64,000 nucleotides of DNA from Gnetum montanum (lineage: Eukaryota; Plantae; Gnetophyta). The notes under the pieces were generated by a model that searched no databases, was not told the origin of the DNA, and saw only the letters and a list, made by a program, of their open reading frames with translations. How positions within the stretch are numbered: the first letter of the stretch is position 1; each line of letters starts with the position of its first letter. The DNA lies in assembly GCA_015680685.1 (NCBI GenBank), contig MNCI01001986.1:309618-373617 (forward strand), given 5' to 3'. Of the stretch, positions 37,901 to 50,819 are shown in pieces. The position numbers and the translations under genes were made by a program.

Positions 37901-40900
37901 TGACAAAAATATTCCAAATCATTTTGGGTTGAAGAAATTCATACTACATGCTATGTCTTCAATAGAGTACTAGTAAGAAGATTCACTACTAAAACACCCT
38001 ATGAATTATGGATTTGTAGAAAACCTTCAATTGGTTATTTTCATGTTTTTGGTTCTAAATGTTATATTCTTAATGGTAAAGATGCCTTGACAAAATTTTA
38101 TCCTAAAATTGATAAACACATTTTCTTAGGATACTCTTCTATTAGTATGGCATATAGAGTCTTCAACAAAAGGACTAATGTTGTGGAAGAGACTATAAAT
38201 GTTGAAAATGATGATAGTAACATTATTTCTCCACAACTTGATGATGAAGTGGTTCCTATTCAAAAGTTATCTAGTACCTCTCAAGTTCAAATTGATAAAA
38301 ATTTAGAAATAGATAGTGAACATGAAGAGATATCTCCCCTTCAACATAAAATGCCTAGACTTGGTAGATCACACTCTCTCAATGATGTCATTGGACAAGT
38401 ACAAGAAAAGATCCATAATAGGAGCCAAACTAAGGACATATGTCCCTATGCTACATATCTTTCACAACTAAAACCAAAAAATTTCAAAGAAGCAGAAGAA
38501 GAAGAAGGGTAAATCTCAACTATGCAAGATGAACTAAATTAATTTACTACGAATGATGTATGGGAATTGATACCTAAACCAAACCATAAACTAATTATTG
38601 GCAAAAAATGGATTTTTAAGAATAAAACTGACGAAAATATTAATATTATTAAAAACAAAGCAAGACTAGTCACAAAAGGATAGAATCAGTAAGAAGGAAT
38701 TGATTTTGATGATACTTTTACTCTCGTTGAAAGACTTGAATCTATTAGACTTCTTTTGGCATATGCAAGTATTAAGAACATCAAGCCATATCAAATGGAT
38801 GTGAAAAGTACCTTTCTAAATGGGACCATTTAAGAAGAGGTATATGTTGAATAGCTTGAAGGATTTGTAGATCCCATTAATCGTGATCATGTTTTCAAAC
38901 TTAATAAGGCTCTCTATGGGCTCAAACAATCCCCTAGAGCTTGGTATGAAAGACTCTCACAACACCTTATATCCAATGGCTTCGAAAGAGGTAGGTTTGA
39001 TGTTACTTTATTTCCTAAGCTTAAAGGTAATGATCCACTTATTATTCAAATTTATGTTGATGATATTATTTTTGGTGCTACTAATGAAATTCTATGTAAG
39101 TAATTCTTAGATCTTATGTAATTAGAATTCAAAATGAGCATGATGGCATGATGGGAGAGTTCAACAATTTTCTTGGATTCCAAATCAATTAGACAAAAGA
39201 TGGAACCTTTATTTGTCAAATTAAGTACATCAAAGATCTACTACTCAAATTCAACTTAGTAGAAGAAAAGGTAAAAACTAATCCTATGGTAGAAAATTTC
39301 AAGCTCACTAAAGATAATCAAGGAAAAATTATTGATCTCAAGCTTTATAGAGGTATGATAGGTAGCCTACTTTATTTAATTGCTAGTAGACTAGATATAG
39401 CATTAAGTATAGGAATCTATGCAAAATATCAGGAAAATATGAAAGAATCTCATCTAAAGGCTATTAAACATGTTTTTCATTATCTAAAAGGTACCACTAA
39501 TTGGGGACTTTGGTATCCAAAGGATTCCTTGCTTGATCTTGCTAGGTATTGTGATGCAAATAGGGAAATTTATTCAGATGATCATCAAAGCACTAGTGGA
39601 AATTACTTTTTCCTAGGAAAAAATCTTGTCTCTTGGGCAACCAAAAAGCAAACATCCATAGCACTCTCTATGGCTGAAGCTAAGTACATTTCAGTTGGAA
39701 GTTATTGTGCACAAATTTTATGGATGAAAGAAATGCTTAAATATTTAGGGATCAAACCCTAATCTACACTAATCTATTATGATAATAGTAGTGTCATCAA
39801 CATGACAAAGAATCCTATCCAACATTCTTGTACTAAACACATCAAAATTTGTCACCATTTTATACAAGAACATACTCAACTTGGACATGAAAAGCTAGAT
39901 TTCATTGGAATAGAAAATCAACTTGTAGATGATTTCACTAAGCCTCTCGATAAACAACTTACTATTCTCTATAAAGACATGGGAATAAGACCTTGTTTTA
40001 TCAAGAAGGTTTTTGCCTTAATTTTAAATAAACCATATCTACTCTTAAATCTTAAAACATAAAAGAAAATCTTTCTTGCATATATTTAGGGGGATTTTCT
40101 AGTCCTTTTTGTTTATGTCCAAAAAATGGGGAGAGATTAAATATTAATTATTTTTCTCTCTATTTCTTTTTAGTTTTTATGGGTCATACTAACCCATTTT
40201 CTTAAGTTTTGGACATTCCCAAAAAGGGGGAGATTGTTGACCTTTTGGTATGTCAAAACCTTTAAAAAATGAAGATTGTAGAATGTATGTGTGTGATTGT
40301 GATTTTGCAAGGCCATGATTAAGAACTTCACATGGAGATATGATATTTCAAAAACGAGATCCATGATGAGATGTCAAAATAAAGACTAAGTAGACTAGAT
40401 GAGAGCATAGATGAAAATGAAGTCTACAAATCAAGTGAAGATGCTATAAAGACTATCAAGAATTCCAAAGGTCATAAAAATTCTTCATCTCTCAAAGTTC
40501 TTTTGAGAGTAGACATTTGGCAAAAATAGTAGATGTTTAACTCAAATACTAGATGTTATAAGAAGACGTTTACTTTTCTAAGTAGACGTCTCTCCTATGT
40601 TGGGGGCTACCTCAAGTTGATGTCTAAACTTCCAAGTAGACATCTACACTAGCCATTTGATAGTCGTTGCATGAATTCCAAGGAGTTTTCAAAAACTCAA
40701 AGGCTATAAGAAAATGTAAAAATCTTGGAAATTTTGCAAGCACTATTCACATAAAGGACTTATCATTGGTTATTCTAAGAAACTTTTTTTTATCTTCATT
40801 GTAACATCATTTAATTATTATGATTGTATTGAGCTTTAAGTACAAGGAACTGTAAATTTAGTTACATTCTTTCCTTGTATATTTTCTTTCTTTCTTGTAT

Positions 40901-41305
40901 CTTTGCAAGCTTGATGTACTTCTTGTGAGAAGATATCCTTGTTTGAGCATGTCAAGATCCTAGAAGATTGAGTGGTATTACAATGTCAAAAAAATCTAGT
41001 GTAGAGCTTAATTTTGTAAAAGTTGTGAGATCCTTAAAATCACATTTTAAGCTTGTTTTGTCCTTGCGAGGTTGAGTGGTTTCATGGCAATGAAACACTT
41101 TGGAGTGGAGCTCAAAGCTTGTACATGGTGTGGTACCCTTTAAACCACATTTTGACGAAATAAAGTTCAGAGGTGTCCATGAATTCTACCCTCTGAGTGT
41201 GGACATACCTGTGTTGGGATCCATGTAAAATTGGTGTGTTTTGTGGTTGGAGCAATTTTAATTTGGGGAACTCATTCAACCCTCCTTCTAAGTTCTTGAT
41301 CCATA
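34933..41305 (+). mobile_element. Two-LTR Sirevirus (SIRE/Maximus)-type Ty1/copia element F, decayed
   Basis: LTRs 34933-36020 and 40235-41305; PBS TGGTATCAGA (iMet) at 36023; PPT AAAAAGGGGGAGAT at 40221-40234 with extra PPT copies at ~40088 and ~40120; TSD ATTGA/GTTGA. Confidence 0.95.
36648..40062 (+). pseudogene. gag-end and pol remnant of element F (Zn knuckle, PR, INT, RT, RH)
   Basis: CFYCEKSGHVQAC; WYINSIYSRHMTGD; LLQMDLVGP..FLTIIDDYSYFTWV; QMDVKSTFLNG; IQIYVDDIIFG; YRGMIGSLLYL; KNPIQHSCTKHI. Confidence 0.95.
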
Positions 41306-41640
41306 GTTGAATCATGGGATAAAGAGCACAACTTGTGATGGTGTTGTGGTCTATGGAAAATTAGAGAATGAAAAATTCAAGCACTTCAAAATAAATTTAG
41401 ACATAAATCAAGTCTTAGAACTTACAAATTAGATTGAGACCATGTGGAAAAGCCTCTTAATAATGGAATTGAGGTAACAAACATAAGTATAACATCAAAT
41501 CTTTGGAAAGATTAGGTAAATTATACCACATGCATAAACATTTAAAACCCTTGACATGTTTTTCAATTAACCTTAGAAACATGAATAAAATGAGATATAA
41601 AAAAGTTGTTATTTCTTCTCAAGCTTCATAAGCTTCGGGG

Positions 41641-41774
41641 TATTGGAACTCAAAATAAGTGAAACATAGGTACACCACAAGATTTTTAGAAGTTTATAAC
41701 TTAGTGCCACCTAGTAGAATTTGTAACCTAGGGTTACCAAGCCAAAACCTATACCACTAGGCTAATACCTCATT
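41641..41774 (-). mobile_element. tRNA-derived SINE-like repeat, copy 1
   Basis: Reverse complement ATGAGGTATTAGCCTAGTGGTA.. contains an A box; tail GTGTACCTATGTTTCACTTATTT.GAGTTCCAA is shared with copy 3. Confidence 0.6.
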
Positions 41775-42305
41775 GTTAAGCTTCCTAGCTTGAACAAAGC
41801 TTAACAAACATATTAATTAAGCTTGAAACATGAAATTGAAAACATGGGTGTTACCCTCTTTAAAGCATGAACAAGAACATGAAGATTATAAATGATAAAC
41901 ATAAATCTAATATTTGGAAGTGAATCCCTTCAAACTTCAACATAAATCTACCTTCTACTCTTTGATTCTTCTAACATAAATTAGGAAAAAATATCAACTA
42001 ACTTTAGTAGTTATAAGAATATATTTATGAAAGAATTATAGGAGAAACATGTGAGAATGCATGTGAATTAAAATTGAAAGAAATTGAGAGAAGAATTCAT
42101 GGAAGGGAGTCACTCTTTAATTGTAAGATGCATACTTGCAAAAATGTAAGAAGGACATAAGGGTTGAAGCTAACATAGCTTTGAGCTAAACATACAATGC
42201 TTGAACACACAATAAATGAAGCAAGAGTTTCTTTTATTTAATTGCAAATCATCTTGGAAAGCTACAATGGAAGGGTTTCATCCTTATTTATATGTTTTTT
42301 TTAAT

Positions 42306-42450
42306 AATGAGGTATTAGCCTAGTGGTAAGACTCTTGATTTAGAAGCTCCAAGTTAAGGATTTAATTCTAGTGGGTAATGATAAGTTATAAAGTTTTAAT
42401 TAGACTCTATATTTTAGGGTTTACTTATATTATAATTAATTTGGATTTCT
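42306..42450 (+). mobile_element. tRNA-derived SINE-like repeat, copy 2
   Basis: A box TAGCCTAGTGG at 42316-42326; degenerate B box at ~42358-42369; homologous to the other three copies. Confidence 0.6.
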
Positions 42451-42974
42451 TAAAGCATACCTAGGCCATGCACTTGGTAATCCCAGTGGTAGTTGTGCAC
42501 AAGGTCCAAGATGTGTACGGATGATTAAGGAACAGATGCTCATTGCACTTAGGCTAGTTTAGATTCTCTCTCACCCTCTCTCTCCTAGCTTAGTTGATAT
42601 TATTTCCCATCATACCTAGGAATAACATTAGTGTAGGAACACATCATACACCTCACTCTCGACTAAACCATATGTGACAAAGATAATACTAGTCCAGGTG
42701 GGAAGACAATGAACTATGATCTACAAATAACTGTCTAGATACCACAACTAGTCCATCTATAGAGTTTGACCGGATCGTGCATGAAGTGCTCATATTCATA
42801 TGGTTGAGTATAGGGGTACCTCGTCACTCATCATTAGCACCGTTGCCAGGGACAGTGCTAGTTATCTAGATTAGTTATATCATACAAGGTCACTGTATAG
42901 GAATTAATGATATATCTTTTAGCAAGAAATAATTACAAAAAGTCACATACAAATTCACACACAATTTCACAACC

Positions 42975-44960
42975 ATGCCTCTCCTACAAGACTATGATAA
43001 CGCCACATCTAGTGAGGCAATTCATTGGAGAACCAACGAATTATATGACAATGAAGATTGGAGTACGCAATCTGAGGTGGGGGTTTCTTATAAACATAAA
43101 CGAAGGCAACATTATCCCAACACACGAAAACATAACTTACTCAATGACGATGAACCCCTATTGGCCACTACAAGCCTAACGCAAATACAAGAGGTTCTTC
43201 GAATCTCCCATAGGCATCATAAAGAGAGCGGCCTACCCAGGCTCGATTTAAAAAACTTTCCCAATTTCTCAGGAGGCTATGACTTAGATCCACAACAATA
43301 TTTACAAGCCTTCTACGATGCATGTGCATGAAAAAACATTGATAACAGTTGGCAAAAGCTCAAGCTCTTTCCTATGACACTCGTTGGCCAAGAAAAAGTA
43401 TGGTATAGATCGTTAAAACCAAATTCCATTTGACGTTGGCCAACAATGGTAGAACTCTTTAATGAAAGATATCAAACCTAAAAAAGAGTGTTGGCCTTGA
43501 GGAAAAAAATCCAAGAGTGGAAACAAGCACAACATGAACCCTTGTACATGGCCTTAGAAAGATATTATGCACTATTAAACAACTGTCTAGGCCATGAGTT
43601 CTCTGAGGAAAGGCTAATGTACCATATCATTGATGGGCTTCGTAATGAAACAAGAGAGACCCTAGGGATGTATGCCCAAGGTCAACTATAAGAACTATGA
43701 ACCCATCAATTCCAAGAGCTTATTAAGTGGGTAGCAAAAGAAGAAGGAGAAATGGCTAGATGGGCGAGTGTTGAAAAACACCAACAGGACCAAAATCTTA
43801 ATTTAATAGAGGTCCATAATCACAAAAATGAGAAATCAACCCATCTCAAGAAGGAAGAACCGTCTTTGCCAGTACAATAATCATTAGATGAAATTGAGGC
43901 AAAGATCAATAAGATGCTGGAATGGATGCATAAAAAGTGTGAAGAATATATCAATATTCTTAGAGATAGAGTTTTGACAACTCAAGAAGTAGGACAAAAT
44001 ATCATTAGACAATCGGAAAGAAGGGATGAGGAAAATAAGAGCTCCACTACCAATCATATGTATGAATGCAACATTTGCCTGTACGATCACCCCAAGGGCC
44101 AATGCTCAATCTTGTTACATTTATATGAGCATTGGGGAAGCATGTTACACCCAAAGTTTGTACAAAGATACTGTGTTTGATCACAGTGCCAAAAATCCCA
44201 GTCATGGAGGAAGCCATCCCTAAACTGGAGACACCCTTCGTATCATCCGAATCCAAATGTTTATCTAGTCCAACATCCTATTTCCCCAACTGGGTCAACA
44301 TACTCTATCTTGCCGCATTATCATTCTCCTCAATACTATCAGCCCATGTCCTCAACACAACCACCGCCCTGTGTACCTTACACTTCTCCTAAATTTCAAC
44401 ATTCTCATCCTTTTCCTCCTTCTACATTGCCACCAACAATTCCTAAAGTGTCTACACCACAGCAACAACCCACAAATGTTACTTGTGCTACTATTGCCAA
44501 CAGCAGTGAGATACCTCCTCAATATCAAAGGCGTCCCTTCTTTAGACATGACCACAAGAAGGGAAAACACAGTTCCAAGGCCACTACATTCTCCAACTCA
44601 GCACAAGTTCAGCACTATGGTGCATCCTTCTCCTCAAACCCAATGCCTTGTGTCACTTCATCAGGGCCACCAATTAACACTCCAACAGCCATATGGCCCA
44701 ATAAATATAGCCATAGAGGATGACATCCCGATCCTTGCATACCATCTTACAGTCTCAAGTATCATAGTGGGTCAACTCTCTACTTGGGAATCACATCTTA
44801 TAAATTTCCCCATTATGCTTACTGTAATAAGGTGTGTGAACCCCAATGGGGTAAGTATGATCAAGTTTTGATATTTCCAACATGCAAGGATCCTCATCTT
44901 TCATTTATTAATCCTTGCCATGCTCAACCATTTAGTTATGAGGGATATTCCTCATTCTAA
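42975..44960 (+). pseudogene. gag of element E
   Basis: FPNFSGGYDLDPQQYLQAFYDAC..KLKLFPMTL..WYRSLKPNSI..WKQAQHEPLYMALERY; CNICLYDHPKGQC knuckle; Pro-rich region and a tail ending at TAA 44960; several nonsense codons. Confidence 0.9.
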
Positions 44961-46329
44961 TAACAAGTAGGATTGATAACTATTTTTCATTTTCCTTAGT
45001 TTTACAATTTTTTTTTCCAGTTTTTCATTTTTCAATTTCTTGTTTTATCTTTTTGTCCTTTTGTCTTTTTATCTTTTTATAAGTAATCTCATCTACGAAT
45101 AAAATACTCATGTGGCTTGTTGGTTGAGGTGTGTTCTATGTTATCAAGTCTTGAGTGATCAATTATTTGGATAGTGAGCCCATTACACCCAGTCATCCAT
45201 TCTACAAATAAGAGGTTCTGTTCGAGGGTACAGTGATATTCTTGACATTCTTAAAACTTAAAATTAATTTTGTGTTCATTGTACCCAAAATGAAGAAGGA
45301 TGGACCAAGAGGGAATGATTAGGGTGTGACATCAAAGGAACTTGTGGATTCTCTTTGGTGATGTCTATGAGAGTTATCATGCAATGTGGTTGTACTAAGA
45401 TCCTTGTAGATCTAACACAAAATGGAAGTAAGAGTAATCAAAAGGCACTAAAAAAACCCAATGTTGTTCCAAGGGGTCCCACTGGAAAGACATTCACCCA
45501 TTCCTAAGGGTTGGCAACTTCTTTGGATTCAACATTTGAAAAAAAAAACAAAGAAAGAGCCATAAAGCAAAAATCACTCCTCCCTTGAACAAAATGCCAA
45601 GTGATCGTATGCCTTCTTGTTATGGTACTCTCATAGTCGTTCACCATGGGATGAAACAATGTGATGTCATTGATTAGAGGAATGGACTTGGTCCTGATCT
45701 TGGAATGACAGGTTAATGACACATTAATCATGCTTTACACGTAGGATTCATTGTGCCTTGGGTCAGTTACCTCATGTCCCAATCTCTACAATCCCTTCTA
45801 TAGTCCATCTCATCTCGTTGTTCATGTAATTGTAGCTTGTGTCTTATGTAGCATAGAATTCTTACCTCATTTTGGTGATACTTACATGTGTGTGTTTTTT
45901 GGAACTAGTGTGGATTACATTTAACCCTTCTAGTGCCTACAGACATTTTAAAGTGTGGTTACGCAAGGGCATTATAGGTTCGAACTTGCTTTGGGGAGGA
46001 CCCACTTGCGTAATTTTTGTAATTTTCACTTATAACACATCTTTCGCACATCATCTATTACCCTCAGCATATTTTCAATGATATTCTTTCCCTTATTACT
46101 ATCCCTCTAATTCAACCATTCCTATGAACCATCACATAGCCTTTTTCTCTCCCTTATCATCCGAGGTCCTTATTGATAAATTCCACACCATCATAATTTT
46201 CGTGCCTTCAAAACTAGTTGAATTACCCTAGAACCCTTTAAAAACAGTCCAAATGTCCTTAGTTTACATTGTTTAATTTGAAAAAAGTATTAAAAATTTG
46301 GTACATTCTATAAAGTACCCTAACTTCGA

Positions 46330-46430
46330 TAGGCCACGATATCGCGTACGTGATATCATGGCCGATGCGATATCACGTCCACGCTATCGCGTACGTGATA
46401 TCACATTCAAAAAATATATATATACACGAC
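46330..46430 (+). promoter_or_regulatory. Putative internal promoter: LTR-type GATATCGCGTACG(T/C)GATATC palindromes followed by a TATA run
   Basis: Motif at 46338-46357 and 46383-46402, matching the LTR motif at 49931-49950; TATATATA at ~46414-46424. Confidence 0.55.
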
Positions 46431-46919
46431 CCCCCCTGTGCCTATCAACATCATTTGGAACTGTTCACGTGGGGGAAGTTTTTCAAATTTCTCTCTATGA
46501 CTCGTGATTGTGTGTCCCTTGCTTTCATATCCATAACTCGCTTGTTGGTACTATGATTTTCATTCCGTTTGAACCTACTTGAACCCGAAGTGTTCAGCTT
46601 AGTTGTGGGGGAGGGGCACATGCCGAATAGTGCATATATTTTTTGAAATTATTCATTGCCTAAAGGACATTATTAAGGGTAATTAGTTATAAAATTAATG
46701 ATGAATGCGCTAAAAACAATTTCATCTCCTTAGGTATACCGAGAAACTAGATTTGGAAACCACCTAAGCAAAGAGGATTAAATATCATAATCTTTTGGGG
46801 ACATTTTCTCCTAATAATTAATGTCACATAGAGATAAAGCAAACTCATTAAGGTAAGCAATAAGGTATAACCTAACTTTGGTAACAACCTTACTAACGAT
46901 TGGTCTTGTGTGATTGTAG

Positions 46920-49699
46920 ATGGCCTTGAAACAAGAACAACATGAAGGTCCTGCTCAAGGTGTGATCAAGTGACCTAGGAGAGGTGAAGGACCAGTTCCT
47001 ACCGAAAAACATGCAGAGCAGGAAGAACAATCATTTAGTATCCATCAAGAAGTCCCTACCACTGTATAATCAAGGCAAGCGAAAGGAGGAGCTGCTACAG
47101 TGTCTGAACAAGGACGACATCTCACATTGCCCCAGGATTGTGTTCAGGCCATCCATGAAAGGTCCATATTAATTGCAGTGATTGTGGAATTAAAATTTTG
47201 ACCTTTCATAGAATTTGCTCTGGAGGCTGTTAGGGATCACCTTAAAGGATCCCCAATATGGCCTATCCTCTTTGAAAGCGGTGCTTGGTACTTAGGGAAA
47301 ACGTACCAAATTTGGCACAACAAAGGATAAGGCACCACGGTTAACATTTGTGGTGTGATTGTTGATTTCTTTGTTCAAGCCATTTCGGAAGTATTAAACC
47401 TTCCGAATATAGGGCCAAAGGTTGCTTAGTTGTCTACCCACTCAGACCATGATGCGTGATGAGTTTGGTTAGATAGGGCATACGACAAGGAAGATAAGAC
47501 TCATGGGAAGTTGATGACAGAAGAGAAGATTTATTTTACAATAGGGACTTATCACATTTTTCTCACAAGAGGTTTAAAAATAATTTCAACATATGCAGCA
47601 AGAGGATGTGCAATGTTGATGGGAAAGGTTAATGCTAACCTACCTCATCTATATTTTATGGAGATCCTAAGGTAGTTTGAAGAATGGAAGATAGGGAAGT
47701 TTGTGTTGCCCTTCCCTTGTCTTATTAGGAAGCTATGCCACCATGCTGGTATAAGAGGATACACTAATGATGTTCTCTGAAAAGCCCAAAATGCTTCATA
47801 TGCCGAACTGCTAAAGCCACCAGCTGCAAGGAAAATCACTGGTGAGACACTAGGGCCGAAACAAGAAAAAGAACAGATGGCAGGGCCAACTACAACTCAA
47901 CTTGTAGGACCCAGCCAACTTCCAAACACATGACCCAATCAACAACAAGAAGTAGGGCCTAGCACGGGCCAGCAAGACTAACCATCATCATCGCCACAAG
48001 ATTATAGACTGTCGATGAGCCATCTCAGGACCATCGCTGAGATCATTAGTTGGGGAAGTCGTGATGACACAAATCTCTTCCGCATCATTGATGATGCTAT
48101 ATAGCCTACAGTTTCTATGGATTGCACACAGGGTGAAGTTTCCATTTAGATAGGAGAATGGGAGAGTTCAGGGAATGTTGCATCCTTTCAGGTGCAGTTG
48201 GAAACTGGTGAAGGGGCGACAATGGTGATCATGCAGCACCAAGATGTAGTGGGTACTGCAAAAGTGGTTGCAAACCACATTAAAGAATCATTCAATGTGC
48301 CTGTTGTGCCACCAGCAAATCTTACAGGAGCATGAGATGCTTAAACTCTGGCTTGTACCTCAATGACTCCTACGAAACATGAGGATGTACTCGACCGATT
48401 ACTGCAAACAAGATAGGTAATGATGTCCTTGTTTGACATCCCACAAGATGTTACCACAATACAATCAGACCTCATTTCCAGCAAGAGAAAGTTGGTCATG
48501 ACAGAGATGAGGGCCAAGCATGCTAAAGCAGAAGTGAAAAGATTGCATGAAAGGCTTGTGACCCTGCAAGTAGTGTAGCGGGATCCTTCTTAATTCGTTC
48601 CCGTAGACCAACTGGAAACTTTCAGAACCAAGCTACTCAATAAATTATTAATAGAGAATAAAAGGATGGTGAAAGAAAAAGAAAAGGCTGATTGGGATGC
48701 CTCTGTGGCACAAACACAAACTTACACACATGCCAAGGCACTCAAGGCCTCACAAGAGGAGAATAAACAACTTATTACTGATAACCTTTGGTTGACCTCT
48801 ATGGAGAAGCAAAAGAATGTTCTTGAGAAACATTTTTAGCAGTTGCAAGAACAACTAATCAGGGTTAACCAGGACATGAACCATTTAGCTAGGGAAAATT
48901 AAACCCTCTCAATGGAGGAGGTATGCGCCATCCGTCAGAAGATGGCCATTGAAATAAGCGCATGGAAAAATGAGGGTAAACAACATGAGAAGATAAAGGA
49001 GCATTTCTTGGACCATGTGGGGATGTATAAAAAATCATTGAAAAGGAGATCCATATGGCCAAGGCCCACATCAACGCTCTTAGTGCTCAACACACTGACT
49101 GGTAGGCCATATTGGATACATACGTGTTTGCCCACTCGGCGGAAGTTAAGAGCTGGGACCTGCAAATCTAGGACCTTACAGAGTACATTGAGTTGGCAAA
49201 CCTGCGGTATGCCAACCTTGCCATGTTAACAGTAGGGCACCCGAGAATAAAGCTCGAGCAATAAGTAGCCACCACCTACGCCAAATATGAAGCATAATTT
49301 GTAGAACACAAGAAAACATTGCAAAAATTGGAGGTTGCAAATTCTAAACTCAAGGTGGTTAAAGCAAGCTACCAAGGGTAGAAAGGTGTCACAATAAACT
49401 TGGCTTGATGGCTCACAAATTTTCAAGAATACAAAGACAAAGCTAGAGCCTACGAGGAGGAACAACGGCTGTTTGCGGCTTGGTATGTCAAAACAAATAA
49501 AATGTTTTCATAACTACTGTGCTCATGGAAGGTGCCAACTTCATCAAACATTGGAACATTAGCATGGATGGAACAAGATCCCCAAACTGAAGGGGAGAAA
49601 CTCCAGGCCATACTTTAACACCATCAAATCCCAAGACCTGGAGCACAAGACAAATGAAAGGCACCCATGGAGGAGCCACTGCCACCAAGAACTACATGA
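46920..49699 (+). pseudogene. Accessory env-like ORF of element E (~925 codons): plant-transposon domain plus long predicted coiled coil
   Basis: Frame from ATG 46920 gives VNICGVIVDFFVQAISEVLNLP and LPFPCLIRKLCHHAGI, characteristic of Athila accessory ORFs (Transposase_32-like), then E/K/Q/L-rich heptad-like sequence. Stops are compatible with C-to-T decay; at least one frameshift near 49030. Confidence 0.75.
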
Positions 49700-49891
49700 G
49701 TTCCACCCAATTTTGTAGTTATAGGATTTTCTTTTGCATTCTTCATGTTGTGTCTCAATTTTTTTCTAATTCCACACTACAACATGAATCCATTCTAGTC
49801 AGTCAATAATCCCATACCTATCCACTATGTAATCAATGGAGCTTGTTCTCACTTTAACTCGAGGACGAGTTTTCATTCAGTTGTGGGGGTA

Positions 49892-50727
49892 TGATGAGTC
49901 ATGAATTGTTGGCCACGATATCGCACCCATGATATCGCGTACGTGATATCGTAGCCTAGACACGATATCGGATATGTGATATTGTGATCTATCTCCTCAT
50001 CTATAAATAAGAGGTAGGTGGATTTGATTAGGGAGCTAGTTTTAGTATTAAGGTAGGGACTTTTTGTCAGTTTTCCTCTCAACCCTTTCTCCTAGTGCAT
50101 GCCTACAGTGTGATGATTGTAATTGTATGACATCCTTATTCGAGTGTGATGTACTTAGACACGCACATGACCAAAAATAAAGATCAAGATTACTTCATCA
50201 TTGTAGCATCCACTTATCTTAATTATTTTATTGTTATTGTTATTTATTGCTCTCTCAGTTAATATCTCTCTACCCTTATCTCCTAGTAACACGGAATGAG
50301 TACGACTTAATCACTAGCATTTAAGTGTGACTACTTGGTAACCCAGTAGCGTACCTAGGCCATGCGCTTGGTAATCCCAGTGGTAGTCATGCACAAGGTC
50401 CAAGATGTGTACGGATGATTAAGGAATGGATGCTCATCGCACTTAGGCTAGTTTAGATTCTCTCTCACTCTCTCTCTCCTAGCTTAGTTGATATTATTTC
50501 CCATCATACACATGAGTAGCATTAGTGTAGGAACATATCATACACCTCACTCTAGACTAAATCATGTATGACAAAGCTAATACTAGTCCAGATGGGAAGA
50601 CAGCGAACTATGATCTACGAGTAACTATCTAGATACCACAACTAGTCCATCTGCGGAGTTCGACCGGATCGTGCGTGAAGCACTCGTATTTGTATGGTTG
50701 AGTGTAGGGGTACCTCGCCACTCATCA
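49892..50727 (+). repeat. 3' LTR of element E
   Basis: TGATGAG..CTCATCA termini; CTATAAATA near 50001. Confidence 0.93.
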
Positions 50728-50819
50728 ATAAGGATCTAACTCTTTATAAAGGAAAATGATGAACGAGGAATCATGTAAGTGGCCTCATTTTTTAGCATTA
50801 AAATTTTTTTATAAATTTT

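Larger units (their letters stand above)
42454..50727 (+). mobile_element. pol-less Athila-type element E (truncated 5' LTR, PBS, gag, accessory ORF, PPT, 836-bp 3' LTR)
   Basis: 5' LTR remnant 42454-42833 matches 50348-50727; PBS TAGCACCGTTGCCAGGGA at 42835; PPT AGTTGTGGGGG before TGATGAG at 49892; no PR/RT/RH/INT motifs seen. Confidence 0.92.

Noticed and set aside
42306-42390. Functional tRNA gene
   Set aside because: No complete cloverleaf or acceptor stem, a degenerate B box, and a non-tRNA tail shared among copies.
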